Positions 30,018-40,325 are shown, counted from the first letter of the stretch. The stretch: 51,183 bases of DNA from Negativicutes bacterium (GCA_026417995.1 JAOACF010000002.1:1-51183), one strand, 5' to 3'. The notes: generated by a model not told the origin, from the sequence alone. A program made the numbers and translations.

Positions 30018-31061
30018 TTGCTTAAAACGATCAATGTTGCCCAAGCGCAGCAATTAACCAAGCCAATTTATATTGATATGCGTTCACCGTCTGAATTTAT
30101 CCAGGGACATATCCCGGGTGCCTTTAATATTCCTCTGTTTACGGATGCAGAGCGCGCCGAAGTAGGAACAGTATACAAACAGAAGGGAACAGAAGATGCC
30201 AAGCACTTGGGTTTGACGCTGGTTTCAGCGAAATTGCCCGATCTGGTAAGACAAATTCGCGACTTCTATCAAAGTGGGCGCACGGTTATTATTTACTGCT
30301 GGCGGGGTGGGATGCGGTCCAAATCAGTGGTTAGCGTTCTTGATTTGATGGGGATACAGTCATTTCAGCTGCTGGGAGGCTATAAAGCCTATCGCAACTA
30401 CGTACTGGAGACACTGCGCGGTTTCGAATTAAAGCCCCGGATCATAGTATTGTGCGGCTCCACCGGAGTTGGCAAAACAACCTTGCTTAAAGAACTGATC
30501 CGCAGACAAGCCCCGGTCATTGACTTGGAAAGGTTAGCTAATCACAGGGGATCCGCCTTTGGGCATGTAGGCCTGGGACCACCGGCTACCGCCCAGAATT
30601 TTGATGCGGAAATACTGCAAGAATTACAACGCCTTAATGATCAGCCCTACATACTAGTTGAGTGCGAAAGCAAACGCATTGGCAATGTATATGTACCGGA
30701 CGCTTTGTTCGAAGGGATGAAAAAAGGTATAAGAATATTAATTCGCGCTGACATGGACACGCGTGTCAATCGATTAATCGAAGAGTACACCGATATTTAC
30801 AATAAAAACCTGGAAGCCATTTTACGCAGCATTAAAACACTAGAGCGCAAGCTTGGACGCAAGCGGACTGACAAGATGCTGACTGATATTCAAGCCGGTA
30901 GAATGGCGGAAGTCGTAAAAACGCTCCTGACTGATTATTATGACCCGCTATACGGCTACGAAAAGGCCGATCCCGCCTCTTATGACTTAGTGGTATGTGC
31001 TAATGACCTCAATGAGGCCGCTGACAGGATTATGGAATACCTGAAAACAATAAGGGGGTAA
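30018..31061 (+). CDS. mnmH: tRNA 2-selenouridine synthase
   Basis: Rhodanese domain with the active-site loop IIYCWRGGMRS, plus the P-loop GSTGVGKT. The length (347 aa) fits MnmH/SelU. Confidence 0.88.
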   Translation: MLKTINVAQAQQLTKPIYIDMRSPSEFIQGHIPGAFNIPLFTDAERAEVGTVYKQKGTEDAKHLGLTLVSAKLPDLVRQIRDFYQSGRTVIIYCWRGGMRSKSVVSVLDLMGIQSFQLLGGYKAYRNYVLETLRGFELKPRIIVLCGSTGVGKTTLLKELIRRQAPVIDLERLANHRGSAFGHVGLGPPATAQNFDAEILQELQRLNDQPYILVECESKRIGNVYVPDALFEGMKKGIRILIRADMDTRVNRLIEEYTDIYNKNLEAILRSIKTLERKLGRKRTDKMLTDIQAGRMAEVVKTLLTDYYDPLYGYEKADPASYDLVVCANDLNEAADRIMEYLKTIRG

Positions 31062-31066
31062 ATGCG

Positions 31067-31849
31067 TTGCAAACGCCAGGCAAAATCCTTAGAGACGAAC
31101 GGGAAAAGAAAGGCCTGTCAATCAAAGATGTTGAACAGGCTACAAGTATACGATCCCTCTATTTAACGGCAATCGAAGAAGGGAATTACCGCGTTGTTCC
31201 GGGAGAAGTGTATCTAAAAGGTTTTATCCGGAACTATGGCAATTTTCTTGGGCTAGACGGCCAGCAATTGGTCGATTTGTACCGCCAAAATCAGGCAGGA
31301 ACTTCTCCCGCTCTGGCATCCCAACCTTCCGCCGAACCCAAAATAACAGCAGCAGCCACCTCAGCCCCGCCGTCGCCGGAAACGAAAGAGCCGCGGAAGA
31401 TAGCCGGTCCATCCTCTATCTGGCTAGTTGCAGTCTTGGTTATCACTGCAGCTGCAGGCGCGTACTGGTGGTATGCCTCATCGGCGCAACCCACCCCCGA
31501 ACAGGCCAAAAACGCCAAACCCGCGCCGATTGCCCCTGCCCAACCACAGTCGCAACAGCCGGCACCTCAAACGCAAGTTGCTCCTCCTGCGCCGCCTGTT
31601 CAAACCAAGCCAATTGTCATCACCGCGAAATTTACCGATGACTGCTGGGTCTTGGTAACAGCTGACGGCAAACAAATCTTTGAAGGTATTCCCAAAGCCG
31701 GCGATGCCTTAACCTGGGAAGCGCAACAAAACATAACGCTAAAGTTAGGTAACGCGGCGGCCGCAGACATTATCTATAATGGCCAGCCGCAAGCAAAGCT
31801 CGGCGGCAAGGGAGAAGTCGTTGAAAAATCTTACCTGCCCAAACGCTGA
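31067..31849 (+). CDS. rodZ: RodZ-like cytoskeleton protein (HTH, TM, DUF4115-like C-terminus)
   Basis: N-terminal XRE-type HTH (..LRDEREKKGLSIKDVEQATSIRSLYLTAIEEGNY..LPGEVYLKGFIRNY..), a P/A/Q-rich linker, one TM segment and a C-terminal beta-rich domain. Confidence 0.85.
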   Translation: MQTPGKILRDEREKKGLSIKDVEQATSIRSLYLTAIEEGNYRVVPGEVYLKGFIRNYGNFLGLDGQQLVDLYRQNQAGTSPALASQPSAEPKITAAATSAPPSPETKEPRKIAGPSSIWLVAVLVITAAAGAYWWYASSAQPTPEQAKNAKPAPIAPAQPQSQQPAPQTQVAPPAPPVQTKPIVITAKFTDDCWVLVTADGKQIFEGIPKAGDALTWEAQQNITLKLGNAAAADIIYNGQPQAKLGGKGEVVEKSYLPKR

Positions 31850-31882
31850 TAAAAGGATAAAAATTGTGTCCTAACATACTCT

Positions 31883-31906
31883 AAAGCCAACTATGGCTTT
31901 TTTTCT
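31883..31906 (+). terminator. Rho-independent terminator after rodZ
   Basis: AAAGCCA ACTA TGGCTTT, then T-run. Confidence 0.8.
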
Positions 31907-31932
31907 TTCAATAAGGAGACAGGAGACTTAAC

Positions 31933-33843
31933 ATGAGCGTTAACTTTTTGCCTATCTCGCGTGCCGACATGGAGGCGCGCGGCTGGGATCAGCTTGATTT
32001 TCTGTTTGTGAGCGGCGATGCCTATGTGGATCATCCCAGCTTCGGCCCCGCCGTTATTGGACGCCTGTTGGAAAAACAAGGGTTTCGCATTGGCATCATC
32101 CCGCAACCGGATTGGCGATCTACTGCCGCTTTTAAAATATTGGGTAAGCCCCGGCTGGGAGTTTTAGTATCGGCAGGCAATCTTGACTCCATGCTCAATA
32201 AATTCACCGCAGCTAAGAAATATCGCAGCAAGGACGCTTATTCGCCCGGCGGCATGGCTGGCAAGCGCCCCGATCGGGCGACCATAGTATACTGCAACCG
32301 CATCCGCGAAGCTTGGAGCAATATTCCGCTCATTATCGGTGGCATTGAGGCGAGCTTAAGGCGGCTTGCCCACTATGACTACTGGTCAGACAGCGTTCGC
32401 CGCTCGATCTTGATTGACAGCCGCGCCGATCTGCTAATATACGGCATGGGTGAAAGACAAATCAAGGAAATTGCCGCACAATTGGCGGCAGGTATCGCCA
32501 TTGAACATATCCGCATGGTGCAGGGGACGTGTTACCGCGCTGCTTCAACCGAGGCTATTTGGAATTTTCTTGAGCTTCCAGACTTTCAACAAGTCTCTTC
32601 GGACAAGAAAGCCTTTGCCGAGGCATTTAAATTGCAATATCTGGAGCAAGACCCCATTCGTGGCAAAACACTCGTCCAGTGGCACGGTGAAGACTATGTC
32701 GTTCAGAACCCGCCGGCGATGCCGCTATCCACGCCGGAGATGGATGAAATATACGAGCTCCCCTATCAGCGGACATATCATCCGGTATACCAAAAATCCG
32801 GAGGCGTGCCAGCTATCACTGAAGTTCAGTTTAGCCTGGTCAGCCACCGGGGGTGTTTTGGCAGTTGCTCATTTTGCGCGATAACTTCACACCAAGGGCG
32901 GATTATTCAAACGCGAAGTCGGGAATCGCTTCTGCGTGAAGCAAAGCTATTAACGCAAATGCCTGAATTTAAGGGTTATATCCATGACGTAGGCGGTCCC
33001 AGCGCCAATTTCCGACTGCCTGCCTGCAGCCATCAAGCCGAGCGAGGTGCCTGCCGGGGGCGGCAGTGTCTTCATCCCCGGGCCTGCAGCGAACTCAACA
33101 CCGATCATGACGATTATCTTGCCTTGTTGCGGGCATTGCGCTCCTTGCCCGGCGTCAAAAAAGTGTTTATTCGTTCAGGACTGCGCTACGACTATTTGCT
33201 TGCCGGCAAAAACGATGAGTTTTTGCGCGAATTGTGCGAGCACCATGTCAGCGGACAACTAAAGATTGCGCCTGAGCACGTTGCAGCAAAAGTAACGAAT
33301 TTAATGGGCAAACCCGGCAAGGAAACATACCTCGCGTTTATGCGCGCATACGAGCGAGTGAACAAAGAGTTGGGCAAAAAGCAGTATCTGGTGCCGTACT
33401 TTATGTCCAGCCATCCAGGAGCTGGCTTGAAAGAAGCGGTGGAACTGGCGGAATTCATTCGGGATCTGGGCTATCATCCGGAACAAGTGCAGGACTTTAT
33501 TCCCACGCCCGGCAGTCTGTCCACATGTATGTACTATACGGGGCTCAATCCTTTAACCGGCGAAAAGCTGCATGTTGCCAAAGATCCGCATGAAAAAAGG
33601 TTGCAGCGGGCGCTGCTGCAATACCGTGATCCCAAGAACTATGAGCTTGTGTACGAAGCCTTGGTAAAGGCCAACCGGAAGGACCTCATCGGTTACGAAC
33701 CCAAATGCCTCATTCGTCCGCCCAAAAACGAAACGACCGCGCCCCAGCGCCCCGCAGGCAAAGAGCGGCGCCTAGCGCCGGCACGCGGCAAGAAAAGGGG
33801 CACTGCTCCCGCGCGAGGCGGCAAAAAGAAAAGAACAGGCTGA
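31933..33843 (+). CDS. ygiQ: YgiQ family radical SAM protein (UPF0313)
   Basis: 636 aa. Radical SAM cluster motif [10 protein letters not shown] and the N-terminal YgiQ signature (..[16 protein letters not shown]..). Lys/Arg-rich tail. Confidence 0.9.
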   Translation: MSVNFLPISRADMEARGWDQLDFLFVSGDAYVDHPSFGPAVIGRLLEKQGFRIGIIPQPDWRSTAAFKILGKPRLGVLVSAGNLDSMLNKFTAAKKYRSKDAYSPGGMAGKRPDRATIVYCNRIREAWSNIPLIIGGIEASLRRLAHYDYWSDSVRRSILIDSRADLLIYGMGERQIKEIAAQLAAGIAIEHIRMVQGTCYRAASTEAIWNFLELPDFQQVSSDKKAFAEAFKLQYLEQDPIRGKTLVQWHGEDYVVQNPPAMPLSTPEMDEIYELPYQRTYHPVYQKSGGVPAITEVQFSLVSHRGCFGSCSFCAITSHQGRIIQTRSRESLLREAKLLTQMPEFKGYIHDVGGPSANFRLPACSHQAERGACRGRQCLHPRACSELNTDHDDYLALLRALRSLPGVKKVFIRSGLRYDYLLAGKNDEFLRELCEHHVSGQLKIAPEHVAAKVTNLMGKPGKETYLAFMRAYERVNKELGKKQYLVPYFMSSHPGAGLKEAVELAEFIRDLGYHPEQVQDFIPTPGSLSTCMYYTGLNPLTGEKLHVAKDPHEKRLQRALLQYRDPKNYELVYEALVKANRKDLIGYEPKCLIRPPKNETTAPQRPAGKERRLAPARGKKRGTAPARGGKKKRTG

Positions 33844-33855
33844 TCGACCTGTTCT
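33820..33855 (-). terminator. Terminator for the minus-strand membrane-protein gene (overlaps the ygiQ 3' end)
   Basis: AGAACAGG (33832-33839) pairs with CCTGTTCT (33848-33855). On the minus strand the hairpin is followed by CTTTTCTTTTT. Confidence 0.65.
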
Positions 33856-33860
33856 GGGAT

Positions 33861-34349
33861 TTACTTTCCGTTAAGCATCTTTTCAGATTCTGTTGCAGAC
33901 TGTTTTTCCGTTTTTTGGCCGCTGCTAAAACCGAAAACCCGGCGACAGCGTTCGGTTAAAAGATAAACGGCGATTGAACCATGTACCACGGTAATTATGA
34001 CGCCTTGGGTTGCAAGATAGAAGAATTCCCTGTTGGTAAGGCCGGAAAAGACAAGTATCATACCTAGCGCGACCAAAAGCAGGGAAAGCACGATTTCAAA
34101 TAAACGGGCCCAGCGCTTCAGTTGCAGGAGACCATAAGCAGGCGCGGCATAGAGGAAAAAGGAAAAGCCGGCAAGCAGCGCTCCGTTTAAGTTCTTTTCC
34201 CTGAAAAGCGACTGATAGGCGCCAAAAAGATTACCGAGTGCAATAATAAAGAGAAATACGGCGATTACAATAATCGGCAGCGTAAGGTCAGGATGAAAAA
34301 AACGCCACCACTTTGGTCTGTCCACAGCTTTCAGCTCCTTCAAGATCAC
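33861..34349 (-). CDS. Polytopic membrane protein, function unknown
   Basis: 162 aa with a GTG start and four predicted hydrophobic helices. No recognisable motif. Confidence 0.6.
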   Translation of the reverse strand: MILKELKAVDRPKWWRFFHPDLTLPIIVIAVFLFIIALGNLFGAYQSLFREKNLNGALLAGFSFFLYAAPAYGLLQLKRWARLFEIVLSLLLVALGMILVFSGLTNREFFYLATQGVIITVVHGSIAVYLLTERCRRVFGFSSGQKTEKQSATESEKMLNGK

Positions 34350-34439
34350 TCTTTTTCCGTTACTTAATTATACATAATTTTGTCTGGGATGGGAATAACT
34401 TAACCATGCTTAGTATATTTCGTTAACGGAGGAATAACC

Positions 34440-34835
34440 ATGAACCGCAAATTACCTTTCCTGCAAGCCGCTTTGCTGTGCGAAGAAGTAACAAGCGATA
34501 GTCAGGGACGCTACACGATAAAAAATGAATTCAGTCAATATACGATGGGTTATTCCCAGCCATTCACGGTATTCACCATATGGCGCGGTGCTGCCGAGGC
34601 TTGCGGCGAAATGTTCCAACAAAAAGTCGAGATTATTGCTCCCGACGGCCGAGTAGTAGCAGCCGGCGAAAACGATCCTTTTATGCTGAAAGACAGTACC
34701 TATCGTCAAGTAAACCGGCTGCTCTTGGATAGAGTTGATTTCACCCATGATGGCCGCTATGACTTAAAAATTATACTTAGCGATACAACTGGCGCCATCG
34801 TGACCGATTACCATCTTCCTATAACAGTGGTTTAA
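34440..34835 (+). CDS. Hypothetical soluble protein, function unknown
   Basis: 131 aa with a good SD (ACGGAGG, 7-nt spacing) and its own terminator. No motif recognised. Confidence 0.65.
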   Translation: MNRKLPFLQAALLCEEVTSDSQGRYTIKNEFSQYTMGYSQPFTVFTIWRGAAEACGEMFQQKVEIIAPDGRVVAAGENDPFMLKDSTYRQVNRLLLDRVDFTHDGRYDLKIILSDTTGAIVTDYHLPITVV

Positions 34836-34859
34836 CACGGGCATATCCCCGTGTTTTTA
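34834..34859 (+). terminator. Rho-independent terminator
   Basis: ACACGGG CATATC CCCGTGT, then TTTT. Confidence 0.85.
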
Positions 34860-34965
34860 TTTGATTAGTAGGAATTTTATCTTGAAAAACGAAAAATATA
34901 TTGGTATTATTATTTAGTTATTTTTTATCCATTTTACTTGATAAAAGCCATGTATGGAGGAATAT

Positions 34966-36000
34966 ATGCGTCGCTATCTGCCGCTTTTGCTCTTAATTTG
35001 CTTTATAATTGTGCTGACCTCGGCGGCAACTACCTTTCTTGCCGGATATGCAGGCAAACAGCGCCCAGAAAATATGCGAAGCGTAACGGTTTATTCGTCT
35101 TTGCCCGTAGAGCAGGCATCAATTCTCGCAAATGAATACGAGCGCGTTTTTAATATTCGCGTAAATCTGATTCCTATGTCACCGGCCGATCTGTTGATCC
35201 GTCTTGCGATCGAGAAATCCAAACCAGGCGCCGATGTGGTTTTAGCTGATGCCGCCCTTTTGCAGGAAGCGAAAAAACAGGGCACCTTGGCGCCATACGT
35301 TTCTGAGCAAACGGATATTGTTCCCGTCCGCTTTAAGGACAAGGAGAATTACTGGACTGGCGTATGGTATGATATATTTATTTTGGCCGCCAATCAGGAC
35401 TACTTGAAAATCCTGGCCAATAAGCCGACGCAGTGGCTGGATTTGACCAAATTCAAAGTACGTCTAGCCATTACCGACTTCTTGGCGGCCGATGCCGCTG
35501 CACGTCTGTTCTTTACGCTAACCTCGTTGCAAGGAGAGGATGAAGCTTTAAAGTACTTCGCGAAGCTACATCGTCAGATCGTTCAGTACTCGAAATTTCT
35601 CGCCACACCTGTGCGCATGGCAGCAATAGGGGAGGCGGATATCGCCATCGCCCTCCGCAGCGAGGCTCTACGGTATCAAAGCGAAGGCTTCCCTATTACG
35701 CTTATTTACCTTGAGGAAGGCACCGCCTATATGCTGACCGCCGCCGGCCTGACCTCGAACTCGCCTAATCCCGCAGAAGGCAAAGCATTTCTGGACTGGC
35801 TGCTAAGCGATGCGCCCCAAAATGCACTATCACACGGCAAACAGTACTTTATTTCAACCAACCCGGAAACTGCCAGCGCAAAAGCGTTTAGCGAAAACAA
35901 CCCGCCGAAACTACTGGATGTCCAAGAGGCTATGACTGCTGACCAGCAGCGGAAGCTTTTGGATCGCTGGGTTCAAACAGTTCGCTTGGCGCCTAGGTAA
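34966..36000 (+). CDS. Extracellular solute-binding protein (ABC-type, family 1; ferric/polyamine/thiamine-like), orphan
   Basis: ATG 34966 lies 5 nt after GGAGG. N-terminal hydrophobic anchor, then an SBP-like pattern (..VTVYSSLPVEQ...YWTGVWYD...). No permease or ATPase gene is nearby. Confidence 0.7.
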   Translation: MRRYLPLLLLICFIIVLTSAATTFLAGYAGKQRPENMRSVTVYSSLPVEQASILANEYERVFNIRVNLIPMSPADLLIRLAIEKSKPGADVVLADAALLQEAKKQGTLAPYVSEQTDIVPVRFKDKENYWTGVWYDIFILAANQDYLKILANKPTQWLDLTKFKVRLAITDFLAADAAARLFFTLTSLQGEDEALKYFAKLHRQIVQYSKFLATPVRMAAIGEADIAIALRSEALRYQSEGFPITLIYLEEGTAYMLTAAGLTSNSPNPAEGKAFLDWLLSDAPQNALSHGKQYFISTNPETASAKAFSENNPPKLLDVQEAMTADQQRKLLDRWVQTVRLAPR

Positions 36001-36015
36001 TAAGGAGAAGATTAA

Positions 36016-37353
36016 TTGATGATAAAGGTCGGTTTTGTAAGTTTAGGCTGCGCTAAAAATCTTGTCGATACCGAAACAATGCTAGGCATATTGACTACGC
36101 ACGGCATGCAGATTATTGATAATCCGGAGGACGCGGATATCCTGATCGTCAACACCTGCAGCTTTATTGACGCCGCCAAAGAGGAATCCATCACAACTAT
36201 CCTGCAAATGGCTGAATTTAAAAAACACCATGACTGCAAGGGACTTATTGTCGCAGGCTGCCTCGGTCAGCGCTACCGGCAAGAATTACTGGACGAACTT
36301 CCCGAGGTAGACGCTATAATCGGCACCGGTGCCTGGCATCGCATTGTCGAAGCTGTTGACAGTGTGCTGGCCGGCGAGCGCGTGCTGCTGATTGGTAGCG
36401 ACGATATTATTTATGATCACACAACCCCGCGCATTACTACGTCACCGGGGCACAGCGCGTACATCAAAATCGCCGAAGGGTGCAGCAATCACTGCTCTTA
36501 TTGCGTGATTCCCAAAGTCCGAGGCCGCTTTCGCAGCCGCCCGGCCGAATCTGTGGTTGCCGAAGTAAAACGGCTTACCGCCGGCGGAGTAAAAGAGATC
36601 AACCTGATCGCACAGGACACTACAAGCTACGGCCGTGATCTCTGCGGCAAGCCACAACTCACCACTCTGTTGCGCGAGCTGGTTAAAATTGAAGACCTAA
36701 CCTGGATTCGCCTCTTGTACTGCTATCCTACGTACTTTGATGATGAACTCATTGATTTAATGGCAGCCGAACCCAAGATTTGCAACTATGTTGACTTGCC
36801 GCTTCAACATGCGCATGACGAAATCTTAAAACAAATGAACAGGCGAGACACGAAAGCCGATATTGAGACTCTGCTCCGTAAGCTGCGCGCAAAAATTCCC
36901 GGGGTAGCCATTCGTACCACCTTTATCGTTGGTTTTCCCGGCGAAACAGAGGAGCACTTCCAGACCTTGCGGGATTTTATACTGGAGCAGCGCTTTGATC
37001 ATGTCGGCATTTTTACCTACTCACAGGAAGAAGACACTGTCGCCGGTGCAATGGAGGGGCAAATTCCCGAGACTGTGAAGCAGGAGCGGTACCACGAACT
37101 GATGGCCATTCAATCCAAGATCTCCGAGGAGATTAACCAGAGTTTGGAAAACACTGTCTTCGATGTATTAATCGAAGGAAAAAGTGCGGCGCAGCCGGAA
37201 ATTTTAGTGGCCCGATCTTACCGTGAAGCACCTGACGTTGATGGACGCGTTTATATTGAAAATGCCGGTAACGCTGCCGTCGGCGACATGATGAAAGTGC
37301 GTATCGTACAAGGTTTTGCCTACGATCTGGTGGCTGAAAAAACTGACTGCTAA
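36016..37353 (+). CDS. rimO: Ribosomal protein S12 methylthiotransferase RimO
   Basis: Contains ..VGFVSLGCAKNLVDTE.., radical SAM motif CSNHCSYCVIP and a C-terminal TRAM domain. The start is either TTG 36016 or the adjacent ATG 36019. Confidence 0.93.
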   Translation: MMIKVGFVSLGCAKNLVDTETMLGILTTHGMQIIDNPEDADILIVNTCSFIDAAKEESITTILQMAEFKKHHDCKGLIVAGCLGQRYRQELLDELPEVDAIIGTGAWHRIVEAVDSVLAGERVLLIGSDDIIYDHTTPRITTSPGHSAYIKIAEGCSNHCSYCVIPKVRGRFRSRPAESVVAEVKRLTAGGVKEINLIAQDTTSYGRDLCGKPQLTTLLRELVKIEDLTWIRLLYCYPTYFDDELIDLMAAEPKICNYVDLPLQHAHDEILKQMNRRDTKADIETLLRKLRAKIPGVAIRTTFIVGFPGETEEHFQTLRDFILEQRFDHVGIFTYSQEEDTVAGAMEGQIPETVKQERYHELMAIQSKISEEINQSLENTVFDVLIEGKSAAQPEILVARSYREAPDVDGRVYIENAGNAAVGDMMKVRIVQGFAYDLVAEKTDC

Positions 37354-37391
37354 ACGCCTGGCTATAGTATGTTCGTACGGAATTGATTATT

Positions 37392-37429
37392 AAAATAGTA
37401 GTGGCGCCAGGCCCTGCTATTTTATTTTT
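37392..37429 (+). terminator. Probable terminator after rimO
   Basis: AAAATAGTAG (37392-37401) pairs with CTGCTATTTT (37414-37423) around a 12-nt loop, followed by ATTTTT. Confidence 0.5.
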
Positions 37430-37488
37430 GCTAAATGCACGAAGGAGATAGTTCATCCCGGGCGAATGCATAAGTAGGAGGTAATCGC

Positions 37489-38727
37489 ATGATAGTAGAA
37501 ATTGTAAGTACCGGGACTGAGCTCCTGCTTGGCCAAATTACCGATACCAATACGCCCTATCTGGCCAGAAAATGCAACGAGCTTGGCTTGAATGTCCTGT
37601 ATCATTCTACGGTGGGCGACAATCCGGTGCGCATGTCGCAGGTAATTGCAACCGCTTTGGGACGGGCTGACATCATTATTACCACTGGCGGACTGGGACC
37701 GACGCAGGGGGATATTACCAAAGAAGTAACGGCGAAGCAGCTAGGCCTGCCGCTTGTTTTACACGAGCCAAGCATGCAGCGAATTCAGTGCTTTTTCGCC
37801 CAACGCCACCTGTATATGCCTGACAGCAATCTGCGCCAGGCGATGATTCCGAAAGGAGCGATTGTGCTGGATAACGAGCGGGGCACTGCCCCGGGCGTGA
37901 TTGTTGAACATAAAGGGAAAACCGTAATTCATCTGCCGGGACCGCCGCATGAATTGGAAGGAATGTTCGAAAGCGCCGTAGCGCCATACCTCCGGCAACG
38001 CTTCGGCGCGCAAGGAATTATTCTGTCTAAAGTGCTGCGAACATTCGGCATTGGCGAATCTTCCCTGGAAGAACAAATTAAGGACTATATCCTAGCGCAA
38101 AGCAATCCTACCATTGCACTATTAGCCCGTTCGGGCGAAATTCATATCCGTCTCACGGCCAGAGCTGCTACCGAAACGGAAGCCAAATTCCTCATCGGTA
38201 AACTGGAGGAAAAAATCCGGGAGCGGGTGGGATCTTTTATCTTTGGTAATGATCATGAGACACTGGAAGAGGTGGTAGGCAAACTCCTGATCGCCAAAGG
38301 CTTAACGATAGCCTTGGCCGAATCCTGCACCGGCGGCCTTATTACCAGCAAACTGACCGATATTGCCGGGAGCTCCGCCTATCTGACCGGCTCAATTGTA
38401 TGTTATGCGAATGAAATTAAAATAGAAGCCGTGGGTGTTCCGGCTGACACCATACATAGTCATGGGGCAGTAAGCGCCGAAACGGCGATAGCCATGTCAC
38501 TTGCCATAAGGGACCGTTTTAGGACCGGCCTTGGCGTAGGCGTAACCGGTATAGCCGGACCGGGTGGAGAAACACCGGATAAACCGGTTGGCTTGGTGCA
38601 TATTAGCATTGCCGGCCCGGATGGCATACTGCACCGCCAATATCATTTTACCGGCCAGCGAACCTCGATTAAGAACCGCACGGCCCTAGCAGCTTTAAAC
38701 CAAATACGACAATTTGTTGAAGAATAA
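37489..38727 (+). CDS. cinA: Competence/damage-inducible protein CinA (MoCF + PncC NMN deamidase domains)
   Basis: MIVEIVSTGTELLLGQITDTNTPYLA.. at the N-terminus and ..ALAESCTGGL.. in the C-terminal domain. Confidence 0.94.
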   Translation: MIVEIVSTGTELLLGQITDTNTPYLARKCNELGLNVLYHSTVGDNPVRMSQVIATALGRADIIITTGGLGPTQGDITKEVTAKQLGLPLVLHEPSMQRIQCFFAQRHLYMPDSNLRQAMIPKGAIVLDNERGTAPGVIVEHKGKTVIHLPGPPHELEGMFESAVAPYLRQRFGAQGIILSKVLRTFGIGESSLEEQIKDYILAQSNPTIALLARSGEIHIRLTARAATETEAKFLIGKLEEKIRERVGSFIFGNDHETLEEVVGKLLIAKGLTIALAESCTGGLITSKLTDIAGSSAYLTGSIVCYANEIKIEAVGVPADTIHSHGAVSAETAIAMSLAIRDRFRTGLGVGVTGIAGPGGETPDKPVGLVHISIAGPDGILHRQYHFTGQRTSIKNRTALAALNQIRQFVEE

Positions 38728-38741
38728 TAAGGAGCGATTTT

Positions 38742-40322
38742 GTGAAAGATACCTGTTTTTTTGGTAACATACAAGTAAGTAAAAAGGTGGCTTCTGCCAT
38801 TACCGAAATGGGTTTTGAAGAACCGTCACCTATACAAAGCCAAACCATTCCCCTAGTATTAGCAGGCCACGATGTGATTGGCCAAGCCCAAACCGGTACC
38901 GGCAAAACAGCCGCCTTTGGCATTCCGATCGTAGAAAAACTGGCAGACACACGCCAACTTCAGGCGCTGGTATTAACGCCTACCCGCGAATTGGCCATCC
39001 AGGTATCCGAAGAATTAGCAAAAATCGGCAAATTTCGTCGGATCAAAACCTTGCCAATCTATGGTGGCCAATCGATTGACAGACAAATCCGCGCTCTTCA
39101 GTTTGGGGTGCAGGTAGTAATCGGCACCCCTGGTCGTTTGCTTGACCACATTCGCCGTAATACGATCAAGCTGAATAACGTAAAAATGCTGGTGCTGGAT
39201 GAGGCGGATGAAATGCTCGACATGGGCTTTATCGAGGATATTGAAAGTATTCTGCAGCATGTCCCAGCAGCCAACCGTCAGACCTTGCTTTTTTCCGCAA
39301 CCATGCCTGCGCCAATCATATCATTGGCCGAAAAGTACATGGTCGATCCGGTAACAGTTACCGTAAGCAAGGAACAACTCACCGTTCCGCTTATCGACCA
39401 GTTTTATTATGAAACCCGGGATAAAATTGAAGGTTTGTGCCGTGTTCTCGATGCTGAAACAACCGGCAAACTCATTATCTTTTGCCGCACTAAAAAAGGC
39501 GTTAGCGACCTGGTTTCCACCCTGCAGGCGCGCGGCTATATGGTCGACGGGCTACACGGTGACCTCAGTCAGTCGCAACGGGAACGCGTCATGAAAAAGT
39601 TTCGCGAAGGCGCGCTGGAAATCTTGATAGCTACGGATGTCGCCGCCCGCGGGCTTGATATTGAAAACATTACCCATGTTATTAACTTCGATATTCCGCA
39701 GGATCCAGAATCCTACGTGCACCGGATCGGCCGTACCGGACGCGCTGGCAAAAAAGGCATAGCCGTTACATTTATCGAGCCGAGGGAATACCGGCAGTTG
39801 AAAATCATTGAAAAAGCAGTCAAGACCCGCATCTTCCGCCGCCAGCTTCCGTCCCCGGCCGACATCCTCGACCGGCAGCGCGAAACCATAAAGAACAGGC
39901 TCATTTATATTTTGGAGCAGGGCGCCTTTACGGACTACCATACCATTGTTGCCGACGTCGTCTCTGAAGACTACGAACCACTCGATGTTGCCGCCGCCGC
40001 TTTAAAGCTCTTTCAGGAAGGCTTCCGGGAAACAAGCACGGCAGGCAACGTATCGGCTTTTGCCAATACCGGAGGGGAACCGGGCATGGTCAGACTATTC
40101 ATGAATGTCGGCAGGCAGCAAAAAGTGCGTCCGGAGGATATCGTCCGCAAGATTGCGGATGAAGCAGGCATAGCCGGCAATACGATTGGAGCTATCAACA
40201 TCTATGATAAGTTTACCTTTGTGGAAGTGCCTGAAGACGTAGCCGAGCGCGTCATTTCCGTCATGCACCGTAACACCTTGAAGGGCTTTAAGGTGAATGT
40301 AGAGCCCGCCAAAGCAAGATGA
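38742..40322 (+). CDS. DEAD-box ATP-dependent RNA helicase with a C-terminal DbpA-like RNA-binding domain
   Basis: Q motif ..GFEEPSPIQ.., motif I AQTGTGKTAAF, the DEAD box (..LVLDEADEML..), SAT and HRIGRTGRAG. The C-terminus reads ..VRLFMNVGRQQKVRPEDIV... Confidence 0.93.
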   Translation: MKDTCFFGNIQVSKKVASAITEMGFEEPSPIQSQTIPLVLAGHDVIGQAQTGTGKTAAFGIPIVEKLADTRQLQALVLTPTRELAIQVSEELAKIGKFRRIKTLPIYGGQSIDRQIRALQFGVQVVIGTPGRLLDHIRRNTIKLNNVKMLVLDEADEMLDMGFIEDIESILQHVPAANRQTLLFSATMPAPIISLAEKYMVDPVTVTVSKEQLTVPLIDQFYYETRDKIEGLCRVLDAETTGKLIIFCRTKKGVSDLVSTLQARGYMVDGLHGDLSQSQRERVMKKFREGALEILIATDVAARGLDIENITHVINFDIPQDPESYVHRIGRTGRAGKKGIAVTFIEPREYRQLKIIEKAVKTRIFRRQLPSPADILDRQRETIKNRLIYILEQGAFTDYHTIVADVVSEDYEPLDVAAAALKLFQEGFRETSTAGNVSAFANTGGEPGMVRLFMNVGRQQKVRPEDIVRKIADEAGIAGNTIGAINIYDKFTFVEVPEDVAERVISVMHRNTLKGFKVNVEPAKAR

Positions 40323-40325
40323 TCA

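Noticed and set aside
31290-31620. Pro/Ala/Gln-rich repetitive stretch and the overlapping alternative-frame ORFs (31224-31412, 31291-31518, 31428-31658, 31478-31675)
   Set aside because: This is the low-complexity linker of RodZ between the HTH and the TM/C-terminal domain. The overlapping ORFs are frame artefacts of GC-rich low-complexity sequence.
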